63,240 nt of DNA, filler included, from Octopus bimaculoides (GCF_001194135.2; 12 parts of 10 records of this genome joined end to end with filler, not necessarily neighbours in it), one strand, 5' to 3'; shown: positions 47,100 to 60,708, numbered from the whole stretch's first letter. Translations and numbers: made by a program. Notes: a model not told the origin generated them from the letters alone.

Positions 47100-47590
47100 A
47101 CAAATGTTCCTGTGTATGTATAAACTGTAGGTATTGGGGTATCACTACCATGTATGTATATCTCCTATTTAGTTTGGAGGATGTTTCATTTATGAGGGTG
47201 TACTCCTGTATTTGTCTGCGTGTTGAGTCATTCGGGTACTTGGATAAAATGCGGATGTCAAATCGATCCATGTTGGTGTTTGGCATGTTGGTAGAGTATG
47301 GAGGACTGTTTTTTGTCGTCATATTGTCTTAAATGTTCATTTAGTCTCTTCTCAATGCTTCTAGATGTCTCGCCAATGTATGTCATGTTCTTGTCTTTAC
47401 AAGCACCCTGAATGCACCTTATGCTATAGACTACATTTCTAGTTCTACAGTTAATGCTAGGATTAATCTTACATACCATACAATTTTCACTGGTGCATGT
47501 GGTATTCTCAATGGGGTACGTCCTACATAATTGTGATCTGATGGAACTCTCTGGCTTTTCAATGATCTTAATGCTGAGTTTCATAGGGGG
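47100..47590 (-). mobile_element. Penelope-like element GIY-YIG endonuclease remnant
   Basis: CMVC...NVVYSIRC...YIGETSRSIEKRLNEH, continuing after a frameshift as FDIRIL...RRQIQEYTLI. Confidence 0.9.
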
Positions 47591-47799
47591 GAAACTTTAT
47601 TCATTATTCTAAGTCTGCTATCAGTATGCTAATTTTCATGTTGTGTGACAAAGCTGAGTTCTTGTGAACAACATATTTAGAAGCTATGGGATGCATGTAT
47701 TGAGAGTGGAGGAACTACACACTATTTTTCACAGTCTCTAACCAAAGTTCAGTATCAAGGACAGGAGATCTATTATTAGGGTGTCTATTGGAGTAATCT

Positions 47800-47943
47800 A
47801 TCGATACCTTGATGGATGGAGTTGGCTACGTGCTGGATGCTCTCCATTATATCGAGCCCACAACCTACGGGACCTCTTGGTCCACAGCTTCTTCCCCAAC
47901 CCAACCTCCCAACCTGGCTCTTTCCCCTGCTCCCGTCCACGCT
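47800..47943 (+). mobile_element. Second Penelope-like fragment (RT to endonuclease linker)
   Basis: YRAHNLRDLLVHS...PGSFPCSRPR resembles the PLE linker motif NLRDLLV...PC..PRC; cut by a gap. Confidence 0.7.
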
Positions 47944-48214
47944 NNNNNNNNNNNNNNNNNNNNNNNNNNNNNNNNNNNNNNNNNNNNTTAATTAATTAAN
48001 NNNNNNNNNNNNNNNNNNNNNNNNNNNNNNNNNNNNNNNNNNNGAGAGAGAGAGTGAGACAGAGATATGTGTATGTGTGTGTATGTATGTGTATACGTAT
48101 GTATGTAGGTATGTACGTATGAGTGTGTGTGTGTGTGTGTGTATGTATGGTCTCAGTTACAGAATAGATGTTAATGATATAGAATTGGACATTGAGAAAT
48201 AGACAATATGACGA

Positions 48215-48680
48215 TGATGATGATGATGATAGTAGAAGTGATATGGCGGTGGTGGTAGTGGTGGTGGTGGTTATAGTAGTGATGGTGGTGCTTGTGGCAG
48301 TAGTGCTGGCTCTTGGTGGTGGTCGTGGTGGTAATGGAGGCAGCGACGGTAGTGGTGGTGGTGGTGGTGGTGGCTGTTTTGTCGCTTTTGGTTGCGTAGG
48401 TAGAGACCAATAACATTGTTAATAGTGGTTGTACTGCTTGCGTTAATGGCGGCGACGTTGGTGATGGCGATGACAGTGGCGGTGGTTGTGGTGGTGATGG
48501 TTTTTTTTTTGGTGGAGCAATCAATCGGTGGTGATGTGGAGAAACGTCGATAGCAGTGTTGGTCGCGGTTGTAGTCACTGCTGTTAGCGGCGGCGACGGT
48601 GTTGATGTGGACGGTGGTGTTTGTTAGTGATAATGGTGGTGTACGAATACTAATAATAGTGGTGACGATGCTAATCACAC
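48215..48680. repeat. Degenerate (GGT/GAT)n trinucleotide low-complexity tract
   Basis: Directly visible. Confidence 0.85.
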
Positions 48681-48947
48681 TTTGGATTGACTACAGTGCC
48701 ATTAATAAGTCAAGCTTCACCAATTTTGCAAGACAATTATGACATTTCCATATTGCTAAATATGTCTGCCCGCTATTCTTGGTCCACTTCTATGTCGCAG
48801 TTTCCGTTATCACTGACTTAGCTTTTACACCTCTTTCCCGCTCTCTTTCCCCCTATCTCTCTCTCACTATGTATCTATCTGTCTATTTTTCTTTCTCTCT
48901 CTGTCTTTTTCCCTTTCTCTCTTTCTATCTTTCTCTCTCTATATCAA

Positions 48948-48991
<44 letters not shown>

Positions 48992-49137
48992 CATACATAC
49001 ATATATATATATATATNNNNNNNNNNNNNNNNNNNNNNNNNNNNNNNNNNNNNNNNNNNNNNNNNNNNNNGTCTATTTTTCTTTCTCTCTCTGTCTTTTT
49101 CCCTTTCTCTCTTTCTATCTTTCTCTCTCTATATCAA

Positions 49138-49181
<44 letters not shown>

Positions 49182-49199
49182 CATAAATATCGATATATA

Positions 49200-49362
49200 T
49201 ACGACGGGCTTCTTTCAATTTCCGTTTACCAAATCCACTAATAAGGCTTTGGTCGGCCCGAGGCTATAGTAGAAGACACTTGCCCAAGAAGGCCACGCAG
49301 TGGGACTGAACCCGGAACCATGTGGTTGGGAAGCAAGCTTCTTACCACGCAGCCACACCTGT
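49200..49362 (-). mobile_element. SINE family C head, near consensus
   Basis: gggactgaacccggaaccatgtggttgggaagcaagcttcttaccac. Confidence 0.92.
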
Positions 49363-49567
49363 GCGTAAATTTTCCCCGTATCGAAGTTAGATAAGCTGAA
49401 TATAGTTATTTTATAGTCCACGGTTAGCAACTGGGATCGTTGTGTGCCCGAGTAAAAATCCAAATTAGCGAATGGAATATGTAAGCGATAAAAAACCAAC
49501 TAATATATATATAGTATGAAAATAATCACTGTTGACTCTGATAATTTTATATTAGAAGCAGCTAATA

Positions 49568-49990
49568 TACAGGGTGTCCATAAATTCCTGGTGCAATTTA
49601 AAATAGTTGTATCTGTAAAAAGGATATGAAAGAAGAATGATAAATTTTTATTCATCGTGTTAATTTTCAAGATCTCCGCCATTGTTAGTAATACAAAGAG
49701 AAATGCGATTCTGTTGTTCTCGGAAAACATTTACCAGCTAATTTTCAGTAACACCTTCAATCACTTCAATCATCCTTGCTTTCAAGTCTTCTAAAGATCC
49801 AGAATCAATTGAATAAACAGTATTTTTCACATGTCTCCGTAAAAAAGAAATCCAATTGAGTCAAATATGGAGAAGGTGGAGGCCAAAATAATGGTCCCTC
49901 CCTTCCAATTCATCTGTGTGGCAATTTTTCATTTAAAAACTGCTTAAGTTGCAGAGCAAAGTGACAAGGTGTACCATCTTTTTTTTATTC
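49568..49990 (-). mobile_element. Tc1/mariner-superfamily (maT/rosa-like) remnant with TIR
   Basis: The minus strand reads WIGREGPLFWPPPSPYLTQLDFF (compare WPPRSPDLTPLDFF); terminus TA-CAGGGTGTCC. Confidence 0.8.
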
Positions 49991-49999
49991 TTCCACTCT

Positions 50000-50185
50000 A
50001 GGTACAAGGCTCGAAACTTTGGGGTATGGGGGCCAGTCGATTAGACCGACCCCAGTACGCAACTGATACTTAATTTATCGACCCCGAAAAGATGAAAGGC
50101 AAAGTCGACCTCGGCGGAATTTGAACTCAGAACGTAAAGACAGACGAAATACCGCTAAGCATTTTTGCCTGGCGCGCTAACGTTT
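50000..50185 (-). mobile_element. SINE family A, near consensus
   Basis: gtcgacctcggcggaatttgaactcagaacgtaaagacagacgaaataccgctaag. Confidence 0.92.
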
Positions 50186-51522
50186 CACCACCACAACTAG
50201 CACCATAACTACTGCTACAACCTTTACAACCACCGCAAACACTAACTCTACAACTACTACTAGAACATAACCACTACTGCACTCTGTACTAATACACCCC
50301 ATCTACTACCACCACAACCACATTCTCTACAAATGCACATCTACTACCACCTAACCACCACTTCCACATGCTCCGTCACCGCTACAGATGCTACACAACA
50401 ACTACTATACCACAAACGTCTGCAGTCTGCACTAAAGCACCACATGAACTACCACCACAACTGCAACCATATTCTTTACTGCTACACCACGTCTACTACC
50501 ACCCAACCACAATACTCCACCACCATTCATTCAAACTCAATTACCTAACCTGTATTGATAGTTTAATGGCGTTTCGTCACACACCATTGCTTGCAATACA
50601 GCCTCGACACGAATGATTAAACTTATTGACAGTGGTGGTCGTGGTGGTCGCAGTAGCACTAGTAGTAGTGAGGGAGTTGACAGTGGTGGTGGTGGTGGTG
50701 GTGNNNNNNNNNNNNNNNNNNNNNNNNNNNNNNNNNNNNNNNNNNNNNNNNNNNNNNNNNNNNNNNNNNNNNNNNNNNNNNNNNNNNNNNNNNNNNNNNN
50801 NNNNNNNNNNNNNNNNNNNNNNNNNNNNNNNNNNNNNNNNNNNNNNNNNNNNNNNNNNNNNNNNNNNNNNNNNNNNNGTGATTGTAGTGGCGGTGGTGTT
50901 GGTCATAGTGGCGGTGTCGGTCGTGGTGTTGGTGGTGGTAGTGGTGGTGGCAGTGGTAGTTGTTGATGGTGGTTGTGGTGAGAGCAGCCTGTGTTGGAGT
51001 GGTGGTAATTACGATGGCGGCCCCGCTGGCAGTAAATAGTGGTGGTGATGGTGGCTTTGGTGGATGTTGTAGCAGCAGTAGTGGTGACGATTGAGCTAGT
51101 AGTAGTGGTGGGAGCGGCAGTAGTAGTAGTAGTAGCAGCAGCAGTAGTGGTAGTAGTAGCAGCAGAAAAACTAGTAGCGCCTTTGGCGCTATTATGGAGG
51201 CGGGAGGTAGTAGCGCTGATAATTATGTTGTGGCGGTGGTGGAGGTTGTAGCTTGATGATGACGATGGTTATGATTATCTTGATGACTATTTTGACAATG
51301 ATGAGGATGATGTGATGACGGTGGTAGTGGTGGTGATGACGACGATAATGATGATTATGATGATGTGATGATGGTGGTGGTGGTGGTGGTGGTGTTGGTG
51401 GCGCTGGTGGTGGTTGTAATGTCATGATGACGATGATGATGATGGTGGTGGAAGTGATGGGAAATGACGACGACGATGATGAGGATGATGATGATGGTAG
51501 TGATGGTGGTAGTAGTGTTGGC

Positions 51523-51591
<69 letters not shown>

Positions 51592-51765
51592 GTGATGATG
51601 AGGGCGGTCGTGGTCGCGAGGGGGGAGGGGGGCTGATTATGATAATGGTGATGGTGGTGATGATAATGACGTTGATCAAGATTATGATAATAATTATCAT
51701 TATGACGATGATGATGACGACGAAGACGACGCTGCTGCTGCTGCTGATGATGATGATGATGATAA
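50186..51765. repeat. Compound ACC-rich then GGT/GAT/GTA-rich trinucleotide tracts
   Basis: Directly visible; source of the poly-V/T/M/H ORFs. Confidence 0.9.
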
Positions 51766-52148
51766 ATTAACGCTTATCTACATTTATAATTAAATGTTGA
51801 ATCTGATAAATTGTGACAGATACATGTTTTAGGTAGACATAATAAATATTTATAGCAGATGTACAACCAAATACTAAATACAACACAGGGTGTTTTTCAT
51901 TTGTCTTTTTGCTGTTTTGTTGTTGGTTTTGTTACCAATCTGCTTCCATGTTGTGCCAGATGGGTGGACTAACCTCTTTTTTTTGTTATTGCTACTTCAC
52001 CCAACAAACGGAAAACATTTTCCAAATATTTCAAATACTNNNNNNNNNNNNNNNNNNNNNNNNNNNNNNNNNNNNNNNNNNNNNNNNNNNNNNNNNNNNN
52101 NNNNNNNNNNNNNNNNNNNNNNNNNNNNNNNNNNNNNNNNNNNNNNNG

Positions 52149-52677
52149 CTTGCCCTGGCGGCGAGCTGGTAGAAACGTTAGCACGCCGGGCGAAATGCTT
52201 AGCGGTATTTCGCCTGCCGTTACGTTCTGAGTTCAAATTCCACCGAGGTCATCTTTGCTTTTCATCCTTTCGGGATCGATAAATTATGTATCAGTTGCGT
52301 ACTGGGGTCGATCTAATCGACTGGCCCCCTTAGAAATCCACTAAGAAGGCTTTGGTCGGCCCAAGGCTATAGTAGAAGACACTTGTCCAAGGTGCCAATG
52401 CAGTGGGACTGAACCCAGGACCATGTGGTTGGTAGGCAAGCTACTTACCACACAGCCATAATCTTTTACTCCTTTACTTATTTCAGTCATTTGATTGCGG
52501 CCATGCTGGAGCACCGCCTTTAATCGAACACATCGACCCCAAAACTTATTCTTTGTAAGCCTAGTACTTATTATATCGGTCTCTATTGCCGAACCGCTAA
52601 GTTACGGGGTACATAAACATACCAACATCGCGTATCAACTGACGGTGGGGGACAAACAGAGACACACAACCATATAT
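52149..52677. mobile_element. SINE cluster: A (+, 52149-52330), C head (-, 52335-52460), B tail (-, 52475-52670)
   Basis: Matches to the family consensus segments seen elsewhere in the window. Confidence 0.88.
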
Positions 52678-55564
52678 NNNNNNNNNNNNNNNNNNNNNNN
52701 NNNNNNNNNNNNNNNNNNNNNTTAATTAATTAANNNNNNNNNNNNNNNNNNNNNNNNNNNNNNNNNNNNNNNNNNNNAAAAAAAAAAAAAAAAAAAAAAA
52801 AGAAAAAAAGAAAAAGGAAGCCTGATGGCTGATTAATTAACAAGAAACTAAGTATCCCTTATTTGTTTCAGTCACTGGAGTGCGGCCATGCTGGAGCAAC
52901 GCCTTGAAAAGTTTCGTCGAACAAATCAGCCCCCAGTATTTAATTCTAAAACCTGGTACCTATTGTGTTGGATTCTTAAGCCGGACCGCTAAGTTACGCG
53001 GACGTAAACAAACCACCACCAGTGGTAGGTGACAAACATAAATAGAAAGACACAAGATTATTCCGAGGTAGGTTCTGATGTAGCAGGGGCTGAATCAAAC
53101 ACCACGTGTCTACTAAGGTGTAGTGCAATTAAGAAGACTACTTAAATAAATAAGATTAACAGAATTCTACAGATTGGGGTATCCCATCAGATTAACCACA
53201 AAATGCACCGTAACCACGGTTTTTATTTTTATTGAGATATCATCTCTTTCTATCATTTTCATACTTTCCCCTTCTCTCTCTCTCTCTCTNNNNNNNNNNN
53301 NNNNNNNNNNNNNNNNNNNNNNNNNNNNNNNNNNNNNNNNNNNNNNNNNNNNNNNNNNNNNNNNNNNNNNNNNNNNNNNNNNNNNNNNNNNNNNNNNNNN
53401 NNNNNNNNNNNNNNNNNNNNNNNNNNNNNNNNNNNNNNNNNNNNNNNNNNNNNNNNNNNNNNNNNNNNNNNNNNNNNNNNNNNNNNNNNNNNNNNNNNNN
53501 NNNNNNNNNNNNNNNNNNNNNNNNNNNNNNNNNNNNNNNNNNNNNNNNNNNNNNNNNNNNNNNNNNNNNNNNNNNNNNNNNNNNNNNNNNNNNNNNNNNN
53601 NNNNNNNNNNNNNNNNNNNNNNNNNNNNNNNNNNNNNNNNNNNNNNNNNNNNNNNNNNNNNNNNNNNNNNNNNNNNNNNNNNNNNNNNNNNNNNNNNNNN
53701 NNNNNNNNNNNNNNNNNNNNNNNNNNNNNNNNNNNNNNNNNNNNNNNNNNNNNNNNNNNNNNNNNNATAAAGTAAAAAGCAAATATGTTTTCTGAACTCC
53801 AACAACGCTTTATGAGAAAATTAGAAAAGACGTTGGGAACTTCTAAATTTTGAAAGAAAGTAAATCACCCCAAACCATAAAACTCAAGGCCTAGAGTGAA
53901 AAACTTCGCTATCGAAAGAAAGTATAATGAGGTAATATTATCTTATATATTTCTAATCTACAAGTTTTATTCTAGCTAATCGAGGGGAAATATTGTAGTA
54001 AAAAGGGCCCAAAATATCTCAGTTACGCAAACGTAAACGGAATTACTATTTAACCTTAAAGTACATCGTACATATTCAAAGAAAATTCTTGGTGTAGTGG
54101 TACGGAACATTTTTCTGGTATTCTTTTATTCTTTTACTTGGTTCAGTCATTTGACGGTGGCCATTCTGGGGCACCACCCTTTAGTCGAAGAGATTGACCC
54201 CTGGACTTATTCCCTGTAAGCCTGGAGCTTATTCTATGTCTCTTCTGCTGAACAGCTAAATTACAGGGATGCAAACGCACCAACATCGAAACAAAAGTAA
54301 TAATAATGATGAGATTTTCTAAGGTAGGCACAACTCCCAAATTTTTTTAGTGAGAAGCTGTTGTCAATGATATCGACCTCAGTACTTGACTGATCTCCGA
54401 CTTATCGACTTCGGAAGGATTAAAGGTGACGTTGATCTCAGAATTTGAACAAGAAACACGAAAAAGCAGAACGAATGCTACAAGGGAGCTTAGTGAGTTT
54501 CTCTTTTGTCACAAAGAAACGACAGAGAACGCATTACATGAGAAGTTTGCAAAAGGATTTCCTTTCCTTTGCTACAACTGTGACAAATAAAGTGGGTGTT
54601 GATTTTACAGGTCATCGTATGGAAGAGAAAAACAAAACGAAAGTGAAAGTAGACTTAGTATACAATATTCTATAATGTCCTTTGAACCAATTGAGGAGAT
54701 CCACACATCCAACATTAGTCTGAATATCAAGGGTAAATGCACTGAGCTAGTCTTAATTACCATTTTCTAATTATGATGCAACATCTAGAGGCAGAAATAA
54801 TTTTAGTAGCTCAAGAATGTATTTTCTAGGGTATTTATTTCTAGGGTATCTGTTTAAAATTGTCATATCCCAGCCTACCGAACCATGGCATGCAAAGAGT
54901 GGGGCTTAGCCGTTGGGTTACAAATATTGTCTGCCCTTTTGGTAAATCTATTCATTCATACTCAAATATATCCAGATGCATCCATACACAAACACATACG
55001 TACGCACCCACACACACACACTTACACAGGAAACTCAGAAAGTAATGCAATTTTTAAGTTACATATCTTTACACAGACGGGTATATGCATATATGTATAT
55101 ATATGTATATATATATATATATATATATNNNNNNNNNNNNNNNNNNNNNNNNNNNNNNNNNNNNNNNNNNNNTTAATTAATTAANNNNNNNNNNNNNNNN
55201 NNNNNNNNNNNNNNNNNNNNNNNNNNNNATATATATATATATATATATATATACTTCTCAGTATAGTTACTACTTTCATCTCGGAGATTTTCTAACTTAA
55301 TTTGATCAGTTGAAACCAGGCAACTACTTGAGCACCATAGGAAACGTCGAGCGATGCGGAGGTGGTGCTATGCAAGAAATACGCCAATAGCAATAAAAGA
55401 CATTTTATTTTTATACTTTTTTATGTCAATTTTAAATCCAGTAATTATCGATTCGACTAAACAAGTTACTGTGTTATTCTTGAGTCGGTTTTGTCGATAA
55501 AGCTGCTTCCTTTATAATCTTTCGATATCTCTCTGCATGTAGCAGCGAATTAAATTGTTTTCCA

Positions 55565-56000
55565 TTCCTCTGGATTGAAGTTATTCAATATTTCCACTTA
55601 TCTTGGCAGTGAGTTTCATAGTGGCATTAACTGCGAGTCTGAATTCATACAAAGACATGGACGAGCTAGTGTAGTTGTGGTTTCATTGGACAAGTGTGTT
55701 TCACAAGAGGACACAAATTCGGATCTTTAAGTCTCTGGTCTATAGTTACGAGACTTGGGCACTGTCCGGGGCCCTTAGAAGCTACCTGATCTCATTTGGT
55801 ACTAAAATACTTCGTAAGGTTACGTTTGGTCAGATTTTGTATCCAACCAACGACTCTACTAAGAAAGTCGGATGCATCCTGTCACTTGCATGATTCAGAC
55901 GACTATTTGGTCAAGTTGCTCGGTTTAGACGCTGGTTACCATGTTCTTTTGACTGAGGACCTGCTGGGTTGACGGATTGTGTTAGTCGACTACATGCCAC
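55565..56000 (+). mobile_element. Decayed RTE-type LINE ORF fragment
   Basis: YLGSEF...KRTQIRIFKSLV-YSYETWAL...FGTKILRK resembles the RTE post-RT region. Confidence 0.65.
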
Positions 56001-56904
56001 ATAGCCACATCATATGAGGAGGTATTTCATAGAGATGAAGACTAACTGGGACTACAACAAATGACATTTCCACCACGACCTTAGAACAACACACACGCAA
56101 ATATTAGATACACGTCAGTTAGATTGTAGTAGTAATCCAAAGCTTCGACCTTACCCTACTGCCATCACAAGGTGACGTTAATTCTGCTTCAGTAAATACA
56201 TTCAGGTTTCACATGTTTATGGAATGCTCAATGTTTTAGCGAGTAAAAACAATGAGTGTGTCATTCAGTTGGTTGAATAACTGGATTACCATACGCTGCT
56301 CAAGGTAGGAGAGTCCCGCTGTAGCTTTCCACTCATGCGATTTCGAGTTTAGTCTCGTTGTGCGGCGACTTGGACATTATCCTTTATCAATGCCCCAGAC
56401 CAACCAGAACTTTGTGAATGAATCTGGTAGTCGGACACTGCGTGGAAGACCACCGTACAAACACACACACACACTCACACACACGCACACACACAAACAC
56501 ACATCTATGTATTTACGTATACGTTTTCTTTTTGTTTGTCTTCACCTTCGCTACCCATGACTTAACAGTTCAGCGAAAGTGACCGATCGAATAAGTGCCA
56601 GACTTAAAAATAAATACTGAAGTCGAATTGCTCGACTCATCTCTTCAGGCAGTGCCCCAGCATGGCTGCCGTCCAATGTTTGAGACAAATGAATAAAACA
56701 TGAAAACTATACATATATATANNNNNNNNNNNNNNNNNNNNNNNNNNNNNNNNNNNNNNNNNNNNTTAATTAATTAANNNNNNNNNNNNNNNNNNNNNNN
56801 NNNNNNNNNNNNNNNNNNNNNTCTTCTTCTTCTTCTTACTCCTCCTTACTCCTCATTTTCCTTATACTTCTGCTTTTACTCCTCCCCATCTTTATTTTGC
56901 TTCA

Positions 56905-57088
56905 CACCGGGCAAAATGTTTATCGGTATTTTGCCCGTTTCTGCGTTCTGAGTTCAAATTTCACCAAGGTCGATTTTGCTTTTAATCGTTTCGGGTCCAT
57001 AATTTAAGTACGACTGTAACACTGTTGTCGATGTAATCGACTAGTCCCCTTTCCCAAAACTTCAGGCCTTGTGCATTTTGTGGAAAGG

Positions 57089-57135
<47 letters not shown>
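56905..57135 (+). mobile_element. SINE family A with (ATT)n tail
   Basis: gcgttctgagttcaaatt core, same tail as the 30714 copy. Confidence 0.85.
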
Positions 57136-57136
<1 letters not shown>

Positions 57137-57366
57137 GCAGTTGTTTTTGTTGTTATTGCTGATCATTTGCTTCATCTCTCGTGGTATTTTAGCCACTGTC
57201 CGAGTATCCTTCGCTTCATTATTAACAATATGCAAGGCGAGTGCCTTGGCGCAGGATATGAACACCCGACTCTTCCATGTAGAGATCCTCACAATTGTCA
57301 GTCAACTGTTATGTCTCAATATACAGAATTGCTGCTGTTGGCATGAGCAGTAATGGTTTATTGTAT

Positions 57367-57397
<31 letters not shown>

Positions 57398-57514
57398 GGA
57401 TCATCCCATACATTTCCTCTTTTTTTTCATATTTCTTTTATTTTTCAAAGTTGAGATAAACAAAGTTGTTTTTTAGTCCAAAATATACTCTCCTTCACTT
57501 TCAGCAATGTTCTT

Positions 57515-57720
57515 CCGTCCATCTTATAGACTTACAAGGCCCCGTCCAGATTATTTTGAAGACTGCGGAATAAATGATAATCAGATGGTGGGTGGAACTT
57601 CGTTTTCCATTCAAACTGCTCCAGCTTTTGGAATGTCATTGTCGCTGTATGTGGCCGAGCCTTATCATGATGGAAGTACACCTTTCGTCTTTAAACCAAA
57701 GATGGTCGTCTTCTTTCTAG
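57515..57720 (-). mobile_element. Mariner transposase remnant
   Basis: The minus strand reads HHDKARPHTATMTFQKLEQFEW...HP-PSDYHLFRSLQNNLDG. Confidence 0.88.
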
Positions 57721-58280
57721 CGCTGGTGTCGATAAATGGATGAAAAACGAAATCTAAGCTTCTCTGCTATTTCCTCAACAGTTTCGATGGGATATTGTTC
57801 CACAAGGATCATGAAACTTAGATAGGTACCGCGAACACAAAGTAAAAACGCAAGCACTCAGTTCCATCTTTATACATCATGGATTTAACTCTAGTGTCCC
57901 AACATGCCAAGTCAGAATAGTACAGCAGTGAATACATTCAATCGTGTACTAACTGGCTTAAGAATTGAAAAAATTAACTAAATAAATATAAGACAAAAAT
58001 TATTAAAATAATTTATTAGCAGTAGTCATACGACGTAAAATATTTGTTTATAAGAGTGTATAAGTACACGAAGAGAAGACCATCTATAGGACTTCTTACG
58101 TGCTGAAGAGGCAACGGAAATGGCAGAAACTGATGTCAGTCTTGAGAATTTTCGGTGTATATGTTTTCATTTCAGCTCTTATTGCTAGCAATGTAGGTGT
58201 TTTAACACCCTAGTCACATTTCGTGACAATTATACACACACACGCACACCCACACACACACACACACACGCACACACACA

Positions 58281-58350
<70 letters not shown>

Positions 58351-58426
58351 AACATATATATAGAGAGATGGAGAGAAAGAGACACAGGCAATGACGGCAG
58401 AGAATGATAGAGCGAGAAAGAGAGTT

Positions 58427-58457
<31 letters not shown>

Positions 58458-58716
58458 GAGACAGACAGAGATAGAGACAGAGAAAGACAGAGAGAGAGAG
58501 AGAGACAGTGAGGAAGAAAGTAGATAGATTTGTGAATGAATACTCATACAGAAGTACAATCAAACAAGCGCACAAACATCTGCACTGAGGTATATGCAGA
58601 CATATACACACAATATGGTTGGTGATCCAGCTCATTAACACAATATCACGGGGTGCTCACTTTTCTATAACCCCTGCCACCGAGTAATCAACAGTTAGGA
58701 ATTGAGAGAGACAGAA

Positions 58717-58765
<49 letters not shown>

Positions 58766-58789
58766 TATATTTTAACCCGAATATAACAG

Positions 58790-58990
58790 ATGAGCATTAT
58801 TTAGAAAATGATGCCACACGTTATCGAGGCTACCATTCTTTCTGGATGTGCAAAAGGGGATGACGTCTTTATTCCAAGAATTCCTCTTACTCCATCAGGA
58901 GCAGACATTCCTTTTACATTCAGAAGACTACAATTCCCCCTTCGTGTGACTTTTGCCATGTCCATAAACAAATATCAGGGTCAGACACTG
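58790..58990 (+). mobile_element. Helitron Pif1-type helicase C-terminal fragment
   Basis: VFIPRIPLTPS..PFTFRRLQFPLRVTFAMSINKYQGQTL (compare FAMTINKSQGQTL); ends at a gap. A host Pif1 is less likely but not excluded. Confidence 0.85.
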
Positions 58991-59090
58991 NNNNNNNNNN
59001 NNNNNNNNNNNNNNNNNNNNNNNNNNNNNNNNNNTTAATTAATTAANNNNNNNNNNNNNNNNNNNNNNNNNNNNNNNNNNNNNNNNNNNN

Positions 59091-59925
59091 ATGGGAGTGA
59101 AAAAGAAGGGGCAATGACAGGCAAACAGAAGTGTTAATTGTTGCTCATGTGAATAAGAAAGGTAGTGTGTGTGATAGGCAAAGTGAGAAGGAGAAGAGAC
59201 AGAGGGAGGAAGAACGGAAGGGGAGATAGGAAAATAAGAACGAAAGAGAGAGGGGAAAGGGAAGGTAGAGGAGAAAAGTGAGAGAGAGATGAAAAAGAAA
59301 TGAACGGAAGAAAGAGAGAGACAGAGCGATATAAAGCGATGGGGAAAGAGAGAGGGGAGGAAGAAATACAAAGACATGAAAGGAGAGAGAAAGACAGAGT
59401 AAAGCGGTGGAGAGGGGGTCAGACAGTGAGAAAGAGAGAGAAAGGAAGAAAAGAAAAGTGATAGGGTGGAAGAGAGGGAGATAGAGAGACAGGGAAGGAA
59501 AAAGAGAGAGACAGAGTGGGAAAGAAATAAGTAGAGAAGGTTCAGAAATAGAGAGAAAGACAAAGCATGGAGAACGAGAGGGAGAGAGTGAGAGAAACAG
59601 AGCAAGTGTGAGTGAGCGCAGAAGAGAGTGAGAGAGAGAGAAAGATAGAAAGAGTGAAAGAGAGTGAGTGAGAGAGACGAAGAAAGAAAGAAAGACCGGG
59701 AGAGTAAGAAACAGAGAGAGAAGGGGGAGACGAAGGGAGGTAAAAACAATGTAACAGAGAGGGGAAGAGAGAGAGGGTGATCGAAAGAGCGTGGAAGTAG
59801 GAGTGAAAGGGAAAAACGGAAAAGAAAGAGCAGAGAGAAGGGGAGATAAGAGAAGAGCAAGACAATAAAGAGGGGAGAGGAAAAGAGAAAGTGATATATG
59901 TAGATAGATAGAGAGAGGGGGCGGG
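59091..59925. repeat. About 830-nt purine-rich (GA) low-complexity tract
   Basis: The plus strand is almost entirely A/G. Confidence 0.9.
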
Positions 59926-60620
59926 AAAGGCGTGAGAAAGTGAATGGGGGACGGAGGTCTAAACGTCAGTCAACCGCTCTAACCACTCCCACCGACTAAT
60001 TGCTTCCACCTCATGTTTCAAAAGAACTTACACAGACTGGAAAGTATTACGAAGGGGAAACTAAAACTTTGAGGTAAGTTTTTTTTTTTTTAAGGGATCT
60101 GCCTAAGGACCTTTAGTTCTGTCTTTTTTTTCTTTCGACCCTTTCTTTTTTAAGGAACACATTGTTGCCGTCTAAACCCCGGCGATTCTGTTTAAAGTCC
60201 CACATATATACACACTTATGTAATATCTAACAATGTTATGTGTGTGTGTTCCAGTCGTGACCGCCGCTCCTTCGATTTTTAGTTTCCTGACAAGACATTG
60301 ACGTATGTAAACGTCAATGAGTATGTGTCATTATCTATATATGTCTGTATATANNNNNNNNNNNNNNNNNNNNNNNNNNNNNNNNNNNNNNNNNNNNTTA
60401 ATTAATTAANNNNNNNNNNNNNNNNNNNNNNNNNNNNNNNNNNNNNNNNNNNNTATGGAATCATTCAGAAATTTTACGTAATTACAAGTCCACTCAGAAT
60501 TCTTATAATTAATAGGGAGTCTCTCAGAGCATTTCATAATTACTCAGAAGTTTTTCTTTGTTAGTTGTCCACTCAAAAAAATTTTTTTTTCGTTATTATG
60601 CATGCATAATACATACATGC

Positions 60621-60708
<88 letters not shown>

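Noticed and set aside
48881-49180. About 130-nt exact direct repeat on both sides of the gap at 49017-49070
   Set aside because: Typical unmerged contig overlap or allelic duplication at a gap.
57505-57743. Plus-strand ORF with a good acceptor and hydrophobic C-terminus
   Set aside because: The opposite strand encodes clear mariner motifs (HHDKARPH, PSDYHLFRSLQN); the plus ORF is its antisense shadow.
59039-59860. 273-aa F/L/S-rich minus ORF
   Set aside because: Translation of a polypyrimidine low-complexity tract.
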